Positions 26,076 to 38,269 of a DNA stretch of 64,000 bases are shown here, piece after piece. Under the pieces are notes generated by a model, which ran no database searches, had not been told where the DNA came from, and saw only the letters and a program-made list of their open reading frames with translations. How positions within the stretch are numbered: the stretch's first letter is position 1; the number at the start of each line of letters is the position of its first letter. The translations under genes and the position numbers were made by a program. The DNA lies in contig NC_086107.1 in the NCBI RefSeq assembly GCF_963921235.1, forward strand, positions 108,192,001-108,256,000. The letters are read 5' to 3'. This DNA is from Mobula hypostoma. Taxonomy: Eukaryota.

Positions 26076-27345
26076 TATTCAGTGGCCACTTTGTTGGGTA
26101 CACCTGTATATCTGCTCATTAGAATCAGAATCAGGTTTAATATCACTGGTGTATGTGGCGATATAAAAGCAAAGGAGGAGAAGATGGCGGCACGACGCAG
26201 CTTGCGTGGCCACTCCGGTGAATGATATCTGTAATCTGTCAAGTAGGGTGCCGTGCACAATTCTGATTTGATGGGGACAGACGTGAAAGAACGGAGGAAC
26301 ATCTGGAGAAACTTCTGAAATGCCTTTTTCGCTGCCGCTGTTACTGTGTGATCTGGAATCTCCGGAGGGGAAGGCCCCGAGTCCTCGGCTTTGCTTGCTG
26401 CTCAGCGGCCGGTACGGGGTCGAGGTGCTTGGCAGAGATGGTGCTCAGTGCTCGGTGTCGAAGGGCTGGTCGGAGACTCGAAGTTTTCAGATGGACTCAG
26501 AGTGGGCTGTGGTCGGGTGCTTCCAATGCATCGACAGTTGTCGGTGCCTGGAGGTTTATGGCAGAGTTTCTCCCTTCCACCACCTGCTATCAGGGACTAT
26601 CGGGAGTCGATCGGAACTTTGAGACTTTTTTTTACCATTCCCATGGTCTACTCTTTATCAAATTATAGTATTGCTTTGCACTGCTGTAACTATATGTTAT
26701 AATTATGTGGTCTTGTCAGTGTTAGTCTTTGGTTTGTCCTGTTTTTTTTGTGATATCACTCTGTAGGAACATTGTATCATTTCTTAATGCATAAATGCAT
26801 TTTTAAATGACAATAAACGAGGACTGAGTGTCCTCATTATCTAATCTAATCTAAAAATACCTTATCAGCTAATCATGTGGCTGCAACTCATTGCCTAAAA
26901 GCAGATGGTCAGGAGGTTCAGTTGTTGTCCAGACCAAACATCGGAATGGGGAAAAATGTGATCTGACTGTGAAATGATTGTTGGTGCCTTTTGGGGCGGT
27001 TTCAGTATCTCAGAAACTGCTGATCTCCTGCGATTATCACAAACACTGTCTGGAATTTATAGAGAATGGTGCAAAAAACAAAAAAAAAAAAATCCAGTGA
27101 GGGGCACTGTGGGTGAAAACAGCTCGTTAATGAGAGAGGTCAGAGGAGACTGGCCTGACTGGTTCAAGCTGACAGGTAGGTGACAGTAGGTCAACCACGT
27201 GTCACAACAGTGGTGTGCAGAGGAGCATCTCTGAGCGCACAGCACATCGAATCTTGGAGTGGATGGGCTACAACAGCAGAAGGCAATGGACGTACACTCA
27301 GTGGCCTCATTACTCAGTACCTAATAAAGCGGCCACAGAGTGTGT
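26076..27345 (+). mobile_element. Tc1-derived element interrupted by insertions at ~26120-26854
   Basis: TCAGTGGCCACTTT left TIR; MIVGAFWGGFSISETADLL; right end TAATAAAGCGGCCACAGAGTG. Confidence 0.75.
26172..26854 (+). mobile_element. Short non-coding LINE-derived retroposon
   Basis: Starts GGAGAAGATGGCGGC, CpG-rich 5' half, ends AATAAA...(ATCTA)n; same tail at ~32555-32628. Confidence 0.6.
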
Positions 27346-28199
27346 ACGCTGAATAAAGTTGACCATTGAACCTTGGACATTGGCTGCTTTTTTGGCTTGC
27401 TGTAGTCCCTACTTCAGTGATGCTCCACATCGGAAGACCCATGTTCATGCGTTTCACTCCCCCTGCCTTGCCTCGAGATATCATTCAGGTACAAGGCTTT
27501 TACTGCACTTGCATCTCGCAAATGATCAAAGAGCCCCGTCTGATTAACTGATCGGCGGGGCTGCAGTCTCTCGGGTGGGGTCTGTGTAAGTACAAGCTGC
27601 TGCTACTCTGATCAATTTGGAAGTCTATTTGCTATCTAGACAGGTGCTTATTAGAAAGAACCACTTTCCTTTGAAACTCATCAACCTTCATTAACATTAT
27701 ATTTATAAATTCATACAGTTGGTTTAAGCAAAATGTTCTCAAGGTATTTTTAGATTGCTTCCCAATAGATTTATTTAGTTTTTGAGCATATGTTACGAGG
27801 TTAGGTATTTAGCAAGTCACCTGAGACTATGTCACTCAGAGAGACAGCAGCACCAGAATAGCTCTTAATTCCAGTTAACTGATTAATTTGTCAATGACCA
27901 GTATACAGACGCAAGTGATTTACTCTTAGAATAACACGTAATATATTTTTAATCCATTAATGGAATTTTCTCGGAAGTGAATGGCTTGCTGGATTACCAT
28001 TTATGATGATCAATAAGATTCGATCACCCTGGGGGGATATGGAGTCACATATAAACCAGACTGGAATAAGAGCAAAACATACATAAAAAGGATCTAATGC
28101 TTCCCGTGAAGAAGGTGGCAGAGTTTGTCATCAAAACGTCGGTTATAATCAATACCTGCACCCAGCTAGAAGCCTGAGAAGAGTTAACACATACACACT

Positions 28200-29090
28200 T
28201 TCCTCTTCCTTGCATTCCCCACGCTGGTTTCCCTCTTACCTCTCCTCTTCTCCTCATCTGCTCCCCTCCTCCTTCCCTTTCTCCCATGGTCCACTCTCCC
28301 CTCCTATCAGATTCTTTCCACCTATCACCTCCCACCCTCTTACTCAGGGCCCCAAGCAGTCCTTCCAGGTGAGACAACACTTCACTTGTGAGTCTGTTGG
28401 GGTCATCTATTGCATCCAGTGCTCCCGGTGCGGCCTCCTCTACATCGGTGAAACCCGACACAGATTGGGGGACCACTTCGTCGAGCACCTCCACTCCGTC
28501 CGCCAAAACAGACAGGATCTCCCAGTAGCCACCCACTTCAACTCTGCTTCCCACTCCCATTCAGATATGTCCATACATGGCCTCCTCTACTGCCATGATG
28601 AGGCTAAACTCAGGTTGGAGGAGCAACACCTCATATACCATCTAGGTAGTCTCCAGCCCCTTGGTATGAACATAGAATTCTCCATCTTCTGGTAATTCTC
28701 TCCCCCTCCCTTCCTCTATCCCTATGTCACTCTGCCCCCTCCCCCAGCTGCCTATCACCTCCCTCACGGTTCCACCTCCTTCTACTACCCATTGTGTTTT
28801 CCCCTATTCCTTCTTCATCTTTCCTGCCTATCCCCTCCCTGCTTCCTCTCCCCCACCCCTTTATCTTTCCCCTTACTGGTTTTTCACCTGGAACCTACCA
28901 GCCTTCTCCTTCCCACCCTCCCCCCACCTTCTTTATAGGGCCTCTGCCCCTTCCCTCTTCCGTCCTGACGAAGGGTGAAACGTCGACCGATCTTTTCCAC
29001 GGATGCTGCCCGACCTGCTGAGTTCCTCCAGCATTTTGTGTGTGTGTTGTTCAGGATTTCCTGCACCTGCTGAATCTCCTGTGTCCTGGA
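28200..29090 (+). mobile_element. Penelope-like element, GIY-YIG endonuclease plus terminal repeat
   Basis: GVIYCIQCSRCGLLYIGETRHRLGDHFVEH...VATHF (GIY-YIG with CCHH); partial terminal repeat upstream; hammerhead with deleted stem II at 28962-28987. Confidence 0.9.
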
Positions 29091-29399
29091 CAATAGCTTA
29101 ATCCCCGCCAAAAACATATAACTGAACCAAATGCTTTTTTTAATTGGCTTTCTGACCACTATTACTGAAACTAGCTCTTTATCTCAGGAACATACTGACT
29201 TCCATTTCAGATTTAATCATACTTTCAGTTCAATAGCACAGACCTTTGGTCCACTATTACTGTAATGTCATACTTGTGGCACTGTCAATGTTTTTTAATG
29301 GTGTTACTGGACAGAAGCATCAAAGGCCTCTTCAAAATTGCATCTCGCTGAATATAGCAAATACTTAATTATAGGATACCTTGCTTAGACTGCTGTGTA

Positions 29400-30211
29400 T
29401 ATACATCTATTGATGCTTCCGGACACATCTTCAGTGATGTTCCTGGAATCATCGGGTGTTTCGGGTCTTTCAACATCATACAGCCTCCTCCAGGTGAGCC
29501 AGCCGGGGCTGATCAGACCCCAGCTTGTGTCCAGATGGCTAGCTACTCATGACTCCATGGCTCCCCTCTTTTGAGCCACAGCCATCTTGAGGCCCTCTCT
29601 GCCGCATCGGTGGTACTGCGGATGGCTCTCCTCTTCCTCTCTCCCTTGATGCCCAAGATGCTGAAGGCTCTAACTAAAGGATGGGCTACGAATCCCCTAC
29701 AACCAACCTCCACTGGGAGACAACTCGCTCTCCATCCAGCCCGCTGACAGTCGCTGACCAGTCCTGCGTACTTGGAGAGCTTCCTTTCAAAGGCTTCTTC
29801 CAAGCTATCTTCCCATGGGACTGTCAGCTCCAGCAGCACCACTTGCTTAGTCAACTCAGACACTAGGACAATGTCTGGTCGCAGGGTGGTGGCAGCGATA
29901 TGGTTGGGGAACTTCAGCTGCCCTTCGAGGTCCATCAACAGCTGCCAGTCCCTTGCAGAGGTCAGGATGCCTGCAGATGTTCTTTTGGCAGGTATTGGCT
30001 GCTCCCCAGCTCTGACAAAGGCAATGGTCTGCTTGAAGGGTTGGGACCGCTTCGCCCACTCAACTCCTGCGCTGACGGCTTCAGCGATGGTCTCCAGGAC
30101 CTGATTATGCCTCCACCTGTACCGTCCCTCACCAAGTGCCCTTGCACAGCCGCTGAGTATGTACTCCAGGGTTCCTTGCTTGGAGCACAGTGGGCACGCA
30201 GATGACTCATC
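29400..30211 (-). mobile_element. HERO/R2-group non-LTR retrotransposon 3' fragment with RLE endonuclease
   Basis: Open frame CPLC...C (zinc knuckle)-RYRWRHNQVL...LRPDIVLVS...LLELTVPWE...ERKLSKY...VEVGCRGF. Confidence 0.85.
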
Positions 30212-30394
30212 ACGATAATATAAGCACCCAAATAGTGCTACACTATTACAGCTCAGGGAGTTAGATTTCAGAGTTAACCTCTGTACGTCCTTCCCGTGGT
30301 TTGCTCCGCGTGCTCCAGTTTCCTCCCTCAGTCCAAAGACATACCGGTCGTAGTAAATTGTCCTGTGATTAGGCTAGAGTTAAATCAGAGTTTG

Positions 30395-30690
30395 AGGGCC
30401 GGCTGATGGCGCAAAGACATTGGTGCCGGGCCCGGGGGCGGAGGTTCCCGGGTTCGAAACCAGTCGAGTCTGCTCCCGAGTACGCTTTCCATCCGTGCCG
30501 GGTTGAGTGTCGAGATTGCAACTCGAGCTCGTAAAATAAAGGGAAAAGCACTGCGAGGTGGCTGTGTGAGGAGTGGCGAGCCACACAGTCTCTCTCTCTC
30601 TCTCGCTCCGCGCCTTGTAAAAAGCCATGATAATAACATCATCACGGACGCACGCACAGACTCACACACACGCAGGCACATGCAAAAAAA
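30395..30690 (+). mobile_element. Young tRNA-derived SINE inserted in an older V-SINE
   Basis: B box GGTTCGAAACC, poly(A) tail, 13-bp TSD AAATCAGAGTTTG (30382-30394 and 30691-30703), CpG-rich. Confidence 0.85.
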
Positions 30691-32728
30691 AAATCAGAGT
30701 TTGCTGGGCGATGTGGCTCAAAGTGCCGGATGGGCCTATTTGGAGCTGTATCTAAGTAAAGCTGTCCTGTGATTAGGTCAGGGTTAAATCGAGTTGTCTG
30801 GGGTTGCTGGGCAGTGTGTCTGGAAGGGCAAGAAGGGCCTCTTCCACGCTGTATCTTGAAATAAAGAAATAAAATAAATAAAAACCAATCAGATGACCTG
30901 TAATATTAGTAACACCTGTAGGGTGTGCTGTGATAACAGTTTTCAATCGCGTCGTGCTCACATCCCGTAACGTTATTGTGCTGCAGGTTCTCAGGCCACT
31001 GAGTCAATGCCTTGAGCTAAGGAGTCACATATATCACTCGTCAGGATATCAGAATACCAGACAGGTATTTAACAACTTGTTACCAGGCTTTTATTCAGAT
31101 TTACTTAATTAAATTTCCTCAGTTGCTGTGGTGAGATTTGAGTTCTAATCCAGATCAGTCACAGAGACGACTGGAACACCAGACCTGTAAAGCAGGAGGC
31201 ATGCCTCCACAGACCTGAATGTGGGAAGTGTTCACGCGCCGTAAAGCCAGATAAAGGATGCAGTGCTGAGGCCTCCACAATTAAAGCCAGCCTCCTTCCC
31301 CTCCACCCACCTTTTCAAGTCAAGTCATTTTTTATTGTCATTTCGGCCATAACTGCTGGTGCAGTACACAGTAAAAACAAGACAATGTTTTTCAGGACCA
31401 TGGTGCTACATGAAACAATACAAAAACTACACTGAACTACGTAAAACAACACAAAAAAACTACACTAGACGACAGACCTACCCAGGACTGCATAAAGTGC
31501 ACAAAATAGTGCAGGCATTACAATAAATAATAAACAAGACAATAGGCTGGGACTACAAGGGTATCCTCTTAAAACTGAGATGAGGAGGAATTTCTTTAGC
31601 CAGAGGATGATGAATCTGTGGAATTCCCTGCCACAGATGTGTTGGAGGCCAAGTCATTTAAAGCGGAAGTTGATTGATTCTTGATTGGTCAGGGCATCAA
31701 AGGTTACAGGGAGAAGTCAGGAGAATGGCGTTGAGGGGAATAATAAATCAGACATGACGGAATGGTAGAGCAGACTCGATGGGCCAAATGGCCTAATTTT
31801 GACCTTATATCTTAGTCTTATGATATGCAACCCAGGCATTGAGAAATACAAGGGAGAAAGATTCCAAGGTTCACACGTTTCTCACGACCAAATTAAGAAA
31901 TATGAGAAGTGACTTGATAGAGGTGTACAAGATGATGAGAAGCAAATATCGAGTAGATAGCCAGAGACTTCTTCCCAGAATGGAAATGGCTAATTCGAGG
32001 GGTGCATAATTTTAAGGTGATTGGAAGGAAATATGGGGAGATACAGGGCGGATGTCAGAGGTAAGATCTTTACACAGAGAGTACTTGGTACGTGAAGCAC
32101 CCTGCCAGATGTGGTAGTAGATGTAGATGTATTAAAAGCATTTGCAACCTGTTAGATAGGCACATGGATGACAGAACAATGGAGAGCTATCTTAGAGTAG
32201 ATTAAAAGGACGGCAAGACATTGTGGAAACTCCGCCATGGATGGTCCCAGGCCTAGCTGTGAAAGGGGGAAGGATGGGCCTGGGGCTTAGAAACCCAGAA
32301 GTACAGCAATGCCAACAGAAGCTCCAAAACCCTCATTCCTGGGAGAGGAAGGATCTTTGCCTACAAGATGTGTGAAGCCGTATGGAGAAGCAGGGACCAC
32401 AGAGCTGATCAACCTTCGATCAGGACAGAGGACTATGGTGAGCTGCTGCAGGAGACCTATGCCACCGTAGTGGTAATGGGCTTAAGAAGAAGATAACGTT
32501 GTGGCCATAAGGCCTACATTGTGCTCTAGTGTTCTACGTTAAACTTCTAAATATTTGTCATTTCTTGATGCATGCATTACTAAATGACAATAAAAGAGGA
32601 CTGTGTGTCTTCATAATCTAAAACTAAACAGCCCTTCGAAGGTTTAGTCAAAGTCAGCTCCAAAAAGGGTTTCAGCAAATAAGCCAGGCAAACTTTTTAT
32701 CGCCACAACAAACACTGAGACAACTTAC

Positions 32729-33145
32729 ATAGTCAATCTCCTCATCGTAAACGCTCCTCTCCTTCCTGCTGTTCATCTTGGGGAAGACCTCCTTCACAAC
32801 GTGGGGGCCTTTCCCGTTGGAGCCTCGGTGGTCAACGGTGACAGTGGCCAGGCTGTTCTTCCTCGCCGAGGCCTGCACGATGGGCACCTGCAGGAGTTCG
32901 GGCAGGTCGCTGGAACCCTTGGTGTCCAGGGAGAGGGCCCGGCGGTGCACCAGGCTCGAGCCGTTGACTGCTTCGGCCCGGAGGTCGTCGGGGCCACCGG
33001 AGGAGGTCTTACGGCCCTCGGAGCAGAGCAGCGACTCGTGCTCACCGGAGTGGAGGTTCCGCTTCAGGCTGGAGGCGCGGCCCACGCTGTTCCAGCTGGC
33101 CCTCCGACTGCTCCAGGGGAGGTAGTGTGAGCTCCGCAGGCTAGG
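32729..33145 (-). CDS. CACNA1I: Cav3.3 coding exon G (II-III linker)
   Basis: TTCCCAG|CCT acceptor, TAT|GTAAGT donor; 417 nt, GC-rich; SRRASWNS...EHESLL...HRRALSLD...DEEIDY. Confidence 0.93.
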
Positions 33146-33295
33146 CTGGGAAAAGGACACAGTGTTCAGTGGCTGGGATAGCAAGAGGCAAAGCATGATG
33201 CACCTCAGACCCATAACACCACTGCATTCACACCCGCTAAAACCTGGAGAAGCACCGCTGACAGGAAGGTTACACCAGTGGGTTCAGATATAGAG

Positions 33296-34108
33296 GCTGT
33301 CAGCGGGACAGTACTGAGGGAATGTCTCACTGTCAAAGGGACAGTACTGCGGGAGTGTCTCACTGTCAGAGGGACAGTACTGAGGGAGTGTCTCACTGTC
33401 AGAGGGACAGTACTGAGGGAGTGTCCCACTGTCAGAGGGACAGTACCGAGGGAGTGTCTCACTGTCAGAGGGACAGTACTGAAGGAGTGTCGCACTGTCG
33501 GAGGGACAGTACTGAGGGAGTGTCACACTGACGGAGGGACGGTACTGAGGGAGTGTCTCACTGTCAGAGGGACGGTACTGAGGGAGTGTCACACTGTCGG
33601 ATGGACAGTATTGAGGGAATGTCTCACTGTCAGAGGGACGGTACTGAGGGAGTGTCTCACTGTCAGAGGGACAGTACCGAGGGAGCGTCACATTTCAGAG
33701 GGACAGTACTGAAGGAGTGCCACACTGTCAGGGGGACAGTACTGAGGGAGTGTCTCACTGTCAGAGGGACGGTACTGAGGGAGAGCCTCACTGTCGGTGG
33801 GACGGTACCGAGGGAGTGTCACAGTCAGAGGGACAGTACTGAGGGAGTGTCACACTGTCAGAGGGACAGTACCGAGTGAGTGTCACACTGTCAGAGGGAT
33901 GGTACTGAGGGAGAGTCTCACTGTCAGAGGGACAGAACTGAAGGAGTGTCTCACTGTCGGAGGGACAGTACTGAGGGATGTCTCACTGTCTGAGGGACGG
34001 TACCGAGGGAGTGTCACACTGACAGAGGGACAGTACTGAGGGAGTGTCTCACTGTCAGAGGGATGGTACCGAGGGAGTGTCACACTGTCAGAGGGACAGT
34101 ACTGAGGG
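33296..34108. repeat. 33-bp minisatellite, about 25 copies
   Basis: Unit GAGGGACAGTACTGAGGGAGTGTCTCACTGTCA; gives the 11-aa repeats in the ORF track. Confidence 0.95.
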
Positions 34109-34804
34109 TGCGCAGCAATACTGGAGGCTTGGCCTCCCTGGCGACTCTTTAAACTAAAGCCAATTTTCTGCAAGCAAGACTGAACATCTGGTCATGATAG
34201 CACCAGTGTTTGTGGGAGCTCGTTGTGTTGAACTTGGCTGCTACTTTTCCCATATCACAGAAGTGTCCAAACTTCAAGCAGTATTTCATAGACAGTAAAG
34301 AGCTTTGAAAAATCTGAAAGATGAATGTTACTTAGAAAATCAAGCCTTTAACTTAGAGAATGATAGTTGTAAATTCGCACAGCATGGAACTAACCCTCTG
34401 GGCACTGAGTCTGTGCTGATCTTAAAGCATCTCTTTACACTAATGTCACTGTAATCCCATTTTTTACTCTTCCCTGATTTCCATCAACATCCCACGTAAA
34501 GTTGTAGAGTACTACATCACAGAAGCAGGCCATTCAGCCCATCTCATCGGTGCCAAACTATTATTCGGCCTCGTGTTATTACTTGCACCTCGATCATAGC
34601 CCTTTATACACCATTCCTACCACACACTTTTCCAATCTTCTCTTAAATGTTGAAATCGAACCCACATCCACCACCTCTGGATTCCATATCCCTAGTCTCT
34701 ACACTAGGGGGCAATTTACAGTGGGCAATTAGCCTACCAACGCCTGCTAATTCCCCTGGAATTCTGCCCCTTGTTATAATCCAATTGTATGAGCAAAGAT
34801 AGAC

Positions 34805-35308
34805 TGTATACTCATGGTCTTCTGCTGCTGTAGCCCATCTACTTCAAAGTTTGATGAGCTGTATGTTCAGAGATGCTTTTCTGCATGTCACTGTTGTAAC
34901 ACGTGGTTATTTGAGTTACTGTCGCCTTCCGGTAAGCTTGAAGCAGTCTGGCCATTCTTCTCTGACCTCTCACAATAATGAGGCATTTTTGCCCTCAGAA
35001 CTGATGCTCACTGGATGTCTTTTGTTTTCGCACCGCTCTCTGCAAACTCTAGGGACAGTTGTGCGTGAAAATTCAAGGGTTCTGAGATCCACAGACCATC
35101 TCTTCTGGCACCAACAATCATTGCACGGTCAGGGTCACTTAGATCACATTCCTTCCCCATTCTGGAGTTTGGTCTGAACAGCAACTGGGCCTCTTGACCA
35201 TGTCTGCGTGCTTTTGTGCATTGAGTTTCAGCCACATGATTGGCTGATTAGATATTTGCATTAGCGAGAAAGTGGACAGGTGTATCTAATAAAGTGGCCA
35301 CTATGTGT
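34805..35308 (-). mobile_element. Tc1-derived non-autonomous element
   Basis: MGKECDLSD..RAMIVGARRDGL; TAATAAAGTGGCCACT TIR. Confidence 0.8.
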
Positions 35309-36343
35309 ATGTAATCTTTCCTGCCTGTGGAACTTTGTAGATTAAGATCAGTAGGTTTGGTGGTTACTGTCTTCTGTCTTTAATTTGGTTTCCCCTGGTT
35401 GCGGAATGTTGAATCTACACTGTTCCATTCCCACTTGAAGGAAGTGCCTTTAGACGTCCTCATAATGTCAAGTTCCCTCTTTCTTTCACTTCTTATTCAT
35501 GTAAGTGGCACCAGGCTGATCGGCTAGGGTATGCGTCACTGCTGAATGCAATCCTGCTGTCCAGCAGCTCAAGTATTTCTCCCTCCGTCAGCCACAACGG
35601 GGTCGTGACCTCTACCCCTTTTCCAACATGGGGAGTGGGGTGGTCCATGAGCTAAGTTGTAGAAACCTGACTGGTGACCTTGTTGGCACCAAGGAACCTA
35701 AAATGGGCAACACATCAGTTGCCAAACACACAGGGTATTCATTACATTTGTTAGGGAATGGTTCTTGATTGGTAAGGTAGGGGGGTTTAATAGTTATTGA
35801 GAGAAGGTGGGAGAAAGGGGACGAAAAGAAAATTAGCTATGATTGTTTGCTGGAGCAGACTCGATGAGCCAAATGGCCTAATTCTGCTCCTATATCAGAA
35901 TTCTGCTCCCACATGGTCAGAATTTCAACTAAATTCTCAGCTGGCAGAATGGGAGATGGCTCACATCTGAGCTGAGAATCTAGTTGAAATTTTAAACATT
36001 CATCCCATATTCCAAATGCATTAAGTCGGGTTAATAGAGGGTTTAAGCTGCACATGAGTACACTGACTCTAAGTACCATCAATAATAAGCATTCATCGAT
36101 GTAAGTACTCTTAACTGTTAAGTACCCAGAGTGATAAATTCTCACAGTATTTAAGAATGATAAATGGCAATAGTTTGTTTAACTCGCCCATGCACCGCCC
36201 CCAGCCCCATACTCATTATAAACAGGAATCCCATTAATCGAATCATCCACTGTAAAATATGTGGAGACAGACTGTGGCGTCTTTGGAAGCACTTGTTCTG
36301 AAAGAGCTTATGTCTAACTGATGTCATTATTTGTGGCTTTTAC

Positions 36344-36623
36344 CAGTGGTTCCCAACCTCCGGGCCGCAAAGCTTGCAGTGGTGCAGTTGTAGCCAGGAT
36401 GCACCCAGCACATCTTTAAGAAAAAAGCAGATAAACAAGCTAATTAATTAGGTGCCGCCTGGCACGTAAAAATCTGGGCCGACATTTACGTGCCGGGCAG
36501 CACCTAATTAATTAGCTCGTTTATTTCTGCTTTTTTCTTAAAGGTGTGCAGGGTGCGTTCCAGCTACCACTGCACGCTTCGCCGTCCGGTTTCGGTCCAC
36601 GGCCCGGAGGTTGGGGACCACTG
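36344..36623. mobile_element. Palindromic hAT (Charlie-like) MITE
   Basis: TIR CAGTGGTTCCCAACCTCCGGGCCG / CGGCCCGGAGGTTGGGGACCACTG; near-TSD gcttttac / acttctac; internal inverted repeat. Confidence 0.85.
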
Positions 36624-37194
36624 ACTTCTACACTGTGAGAAGTAGGAGCAGGAATAAGTTCTTCTACCTCTTGAGCTCACTATGCCTTTCGGTGAGGTCA
36701 TGGTTAACCTGAGCTGGGCTTCGCCATCATTTTCCTGTCCGTTCTCAGAAAGCCTTGAATTCATATGTCTCAAAGAGCCAGGAAACAGGCGTTTTCAAAT
36801 AATCCATGCCAACAAATTTGCTTAATGGAGCTGGTCCTACAGGCCTGCATTGGCTAATATCCCTCTAAAGCTTTCCTACCCATGTACCTGTCCAAACACT
36901 CTAATTGTAGTCAGCTCTGCCACTTCCTTTGGTGGTTCATTCCATACACCATCACTTTCTGTGTAGGAAAATTTGCCCCTCAGTGCCCTTTTAAATCTCT
37001 CCTCTCTTGCTTGAAACCCATATTTAAAGGCTTTTAAAATTTAAACTTTCCTGCGCTGTCACAGCAAGGCACTGTCCATCATCGAGCACCACGTCACCAG
37101 GTTCAGCAGCAGTTACTACCCCTCAGCCATCAGAGGCTTGAACCAGAGGGAATAACCACTCAACTTTTCCCCATCACTGAACTGTTCCCACTGT

Positions 37195-37910
37195 TTACGA
37201 AGAAATCAGGTCAGTGCCTCAACTTCCTTAGGAGCTTGCAAAGATTTGGCATGACATCTAAAACTTTGACAAACTTCTATCGATGTGTAGTGGAGAGTGC
37301 ATTGACTGGCTGCATCACAGCCCCGTAAGGAAACACCAATGCCCCTGAATGAACAATCCTACCAAAAGTAGAGGATACAGCCCAGTCCACCTTGGGTACA
37401 TCCCTCCCCACCATTGAGCACATCTACTTGGAGGGTTGTCGTAGGAAAGCGGCATCCATCGTCAGGGGCCCCCGCCACCCAGAACGTGCTCTCTTCTCGC
37501 TGCTGCCGTCAGGTGGAAGGTACAGAGGCCTCAGGACTCGCGTCACCAGATTCAGGAACAGTTATTACCCGTCAGCCATCAGGCTCTTGAACCAGAGGGG
37601 ATAACTTCACTCAATTTCACTTGCCCCTTCACTGAAATGTCCCACTACACATGGACTCACTTACAGGGACCCTTCACCTCATACCCACAATAAATATTGC
37701 TTATTTGTTATTATAATTATTTCTTTCTTTTTGTATTTACACAGTGGGTTGCCTTTTGCATCTTGGTTGTTTGACTACCCTGTTGGGTGAAGTTTTTCAT
37801 TGTTTCTATTGCGTTCCTTCTACTTATTGTGAATGCCTACAAGTAAATTATACAGTGACATATATGTGCTTTGATAATAAATTTCCTTTAACCATTCGAT
37901 CTTTGAACTT
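37195..37910 (+). mobile_element. Rex-like LINE 3' fragment
   Basis: LPTIEHIY...AASIV..HP..LFSLLPSGGRYR...FRNSYYPSAIRLLN; TTTGAAC tail. Confidence 0.8.
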
Positions 37911-38269
37911 TAAACCCTCTAGATTAGGACTCTGTGACCCAAGATAAAAGATTCTGGTTATTCACCTTGAATATGTTCTTGTAATACTGAATGCCCGTAA
38001 GGAAGTGAATCTCAGGGTTGTATGTGGTGACATATACTTATTTTGAGAATAAATTTACTTTGAATTTTGAACTTTGAACTTTGAACTTTGTTCAGTGCCA
38101 CTGCCATAGATTTTACTTGAATAGAGAATTCCAATAATTTTACTACAAGAGTAAGTTCCTCCTTATTTCATTCTTCATTGGGCAACTCCTGGAGGCTTTG
38201 CCCTCTACTTCTGCATTCTCCCACTCAAGGAAATATTCTCTGAACATCTATCCTGTGTACATCACCTGG

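Noticed and set aside
28210..28695. Stand-alone GIY-YIG homing or defence nuclease gene
   Set aside because: 5'-truncated, followed by the PLE terminal repeat and repeated elsewhere in the window, so it is a retroelement fragment
29410..29480. GAAAC...CCGATGA / CTGAAGA motifs in the HERO-like 3' UTR resembling a hammerhead
   Set aside because: Motif order and stems do not give a valid three-way junction
33296..34108. CRISPR-like array or repeat protein ORFs (TVRGTVLRECL)n
   Set aside because: Units are contiguous with no unique spacers; eukaryotic intron; ORFs arise only because the unit is 33 bp
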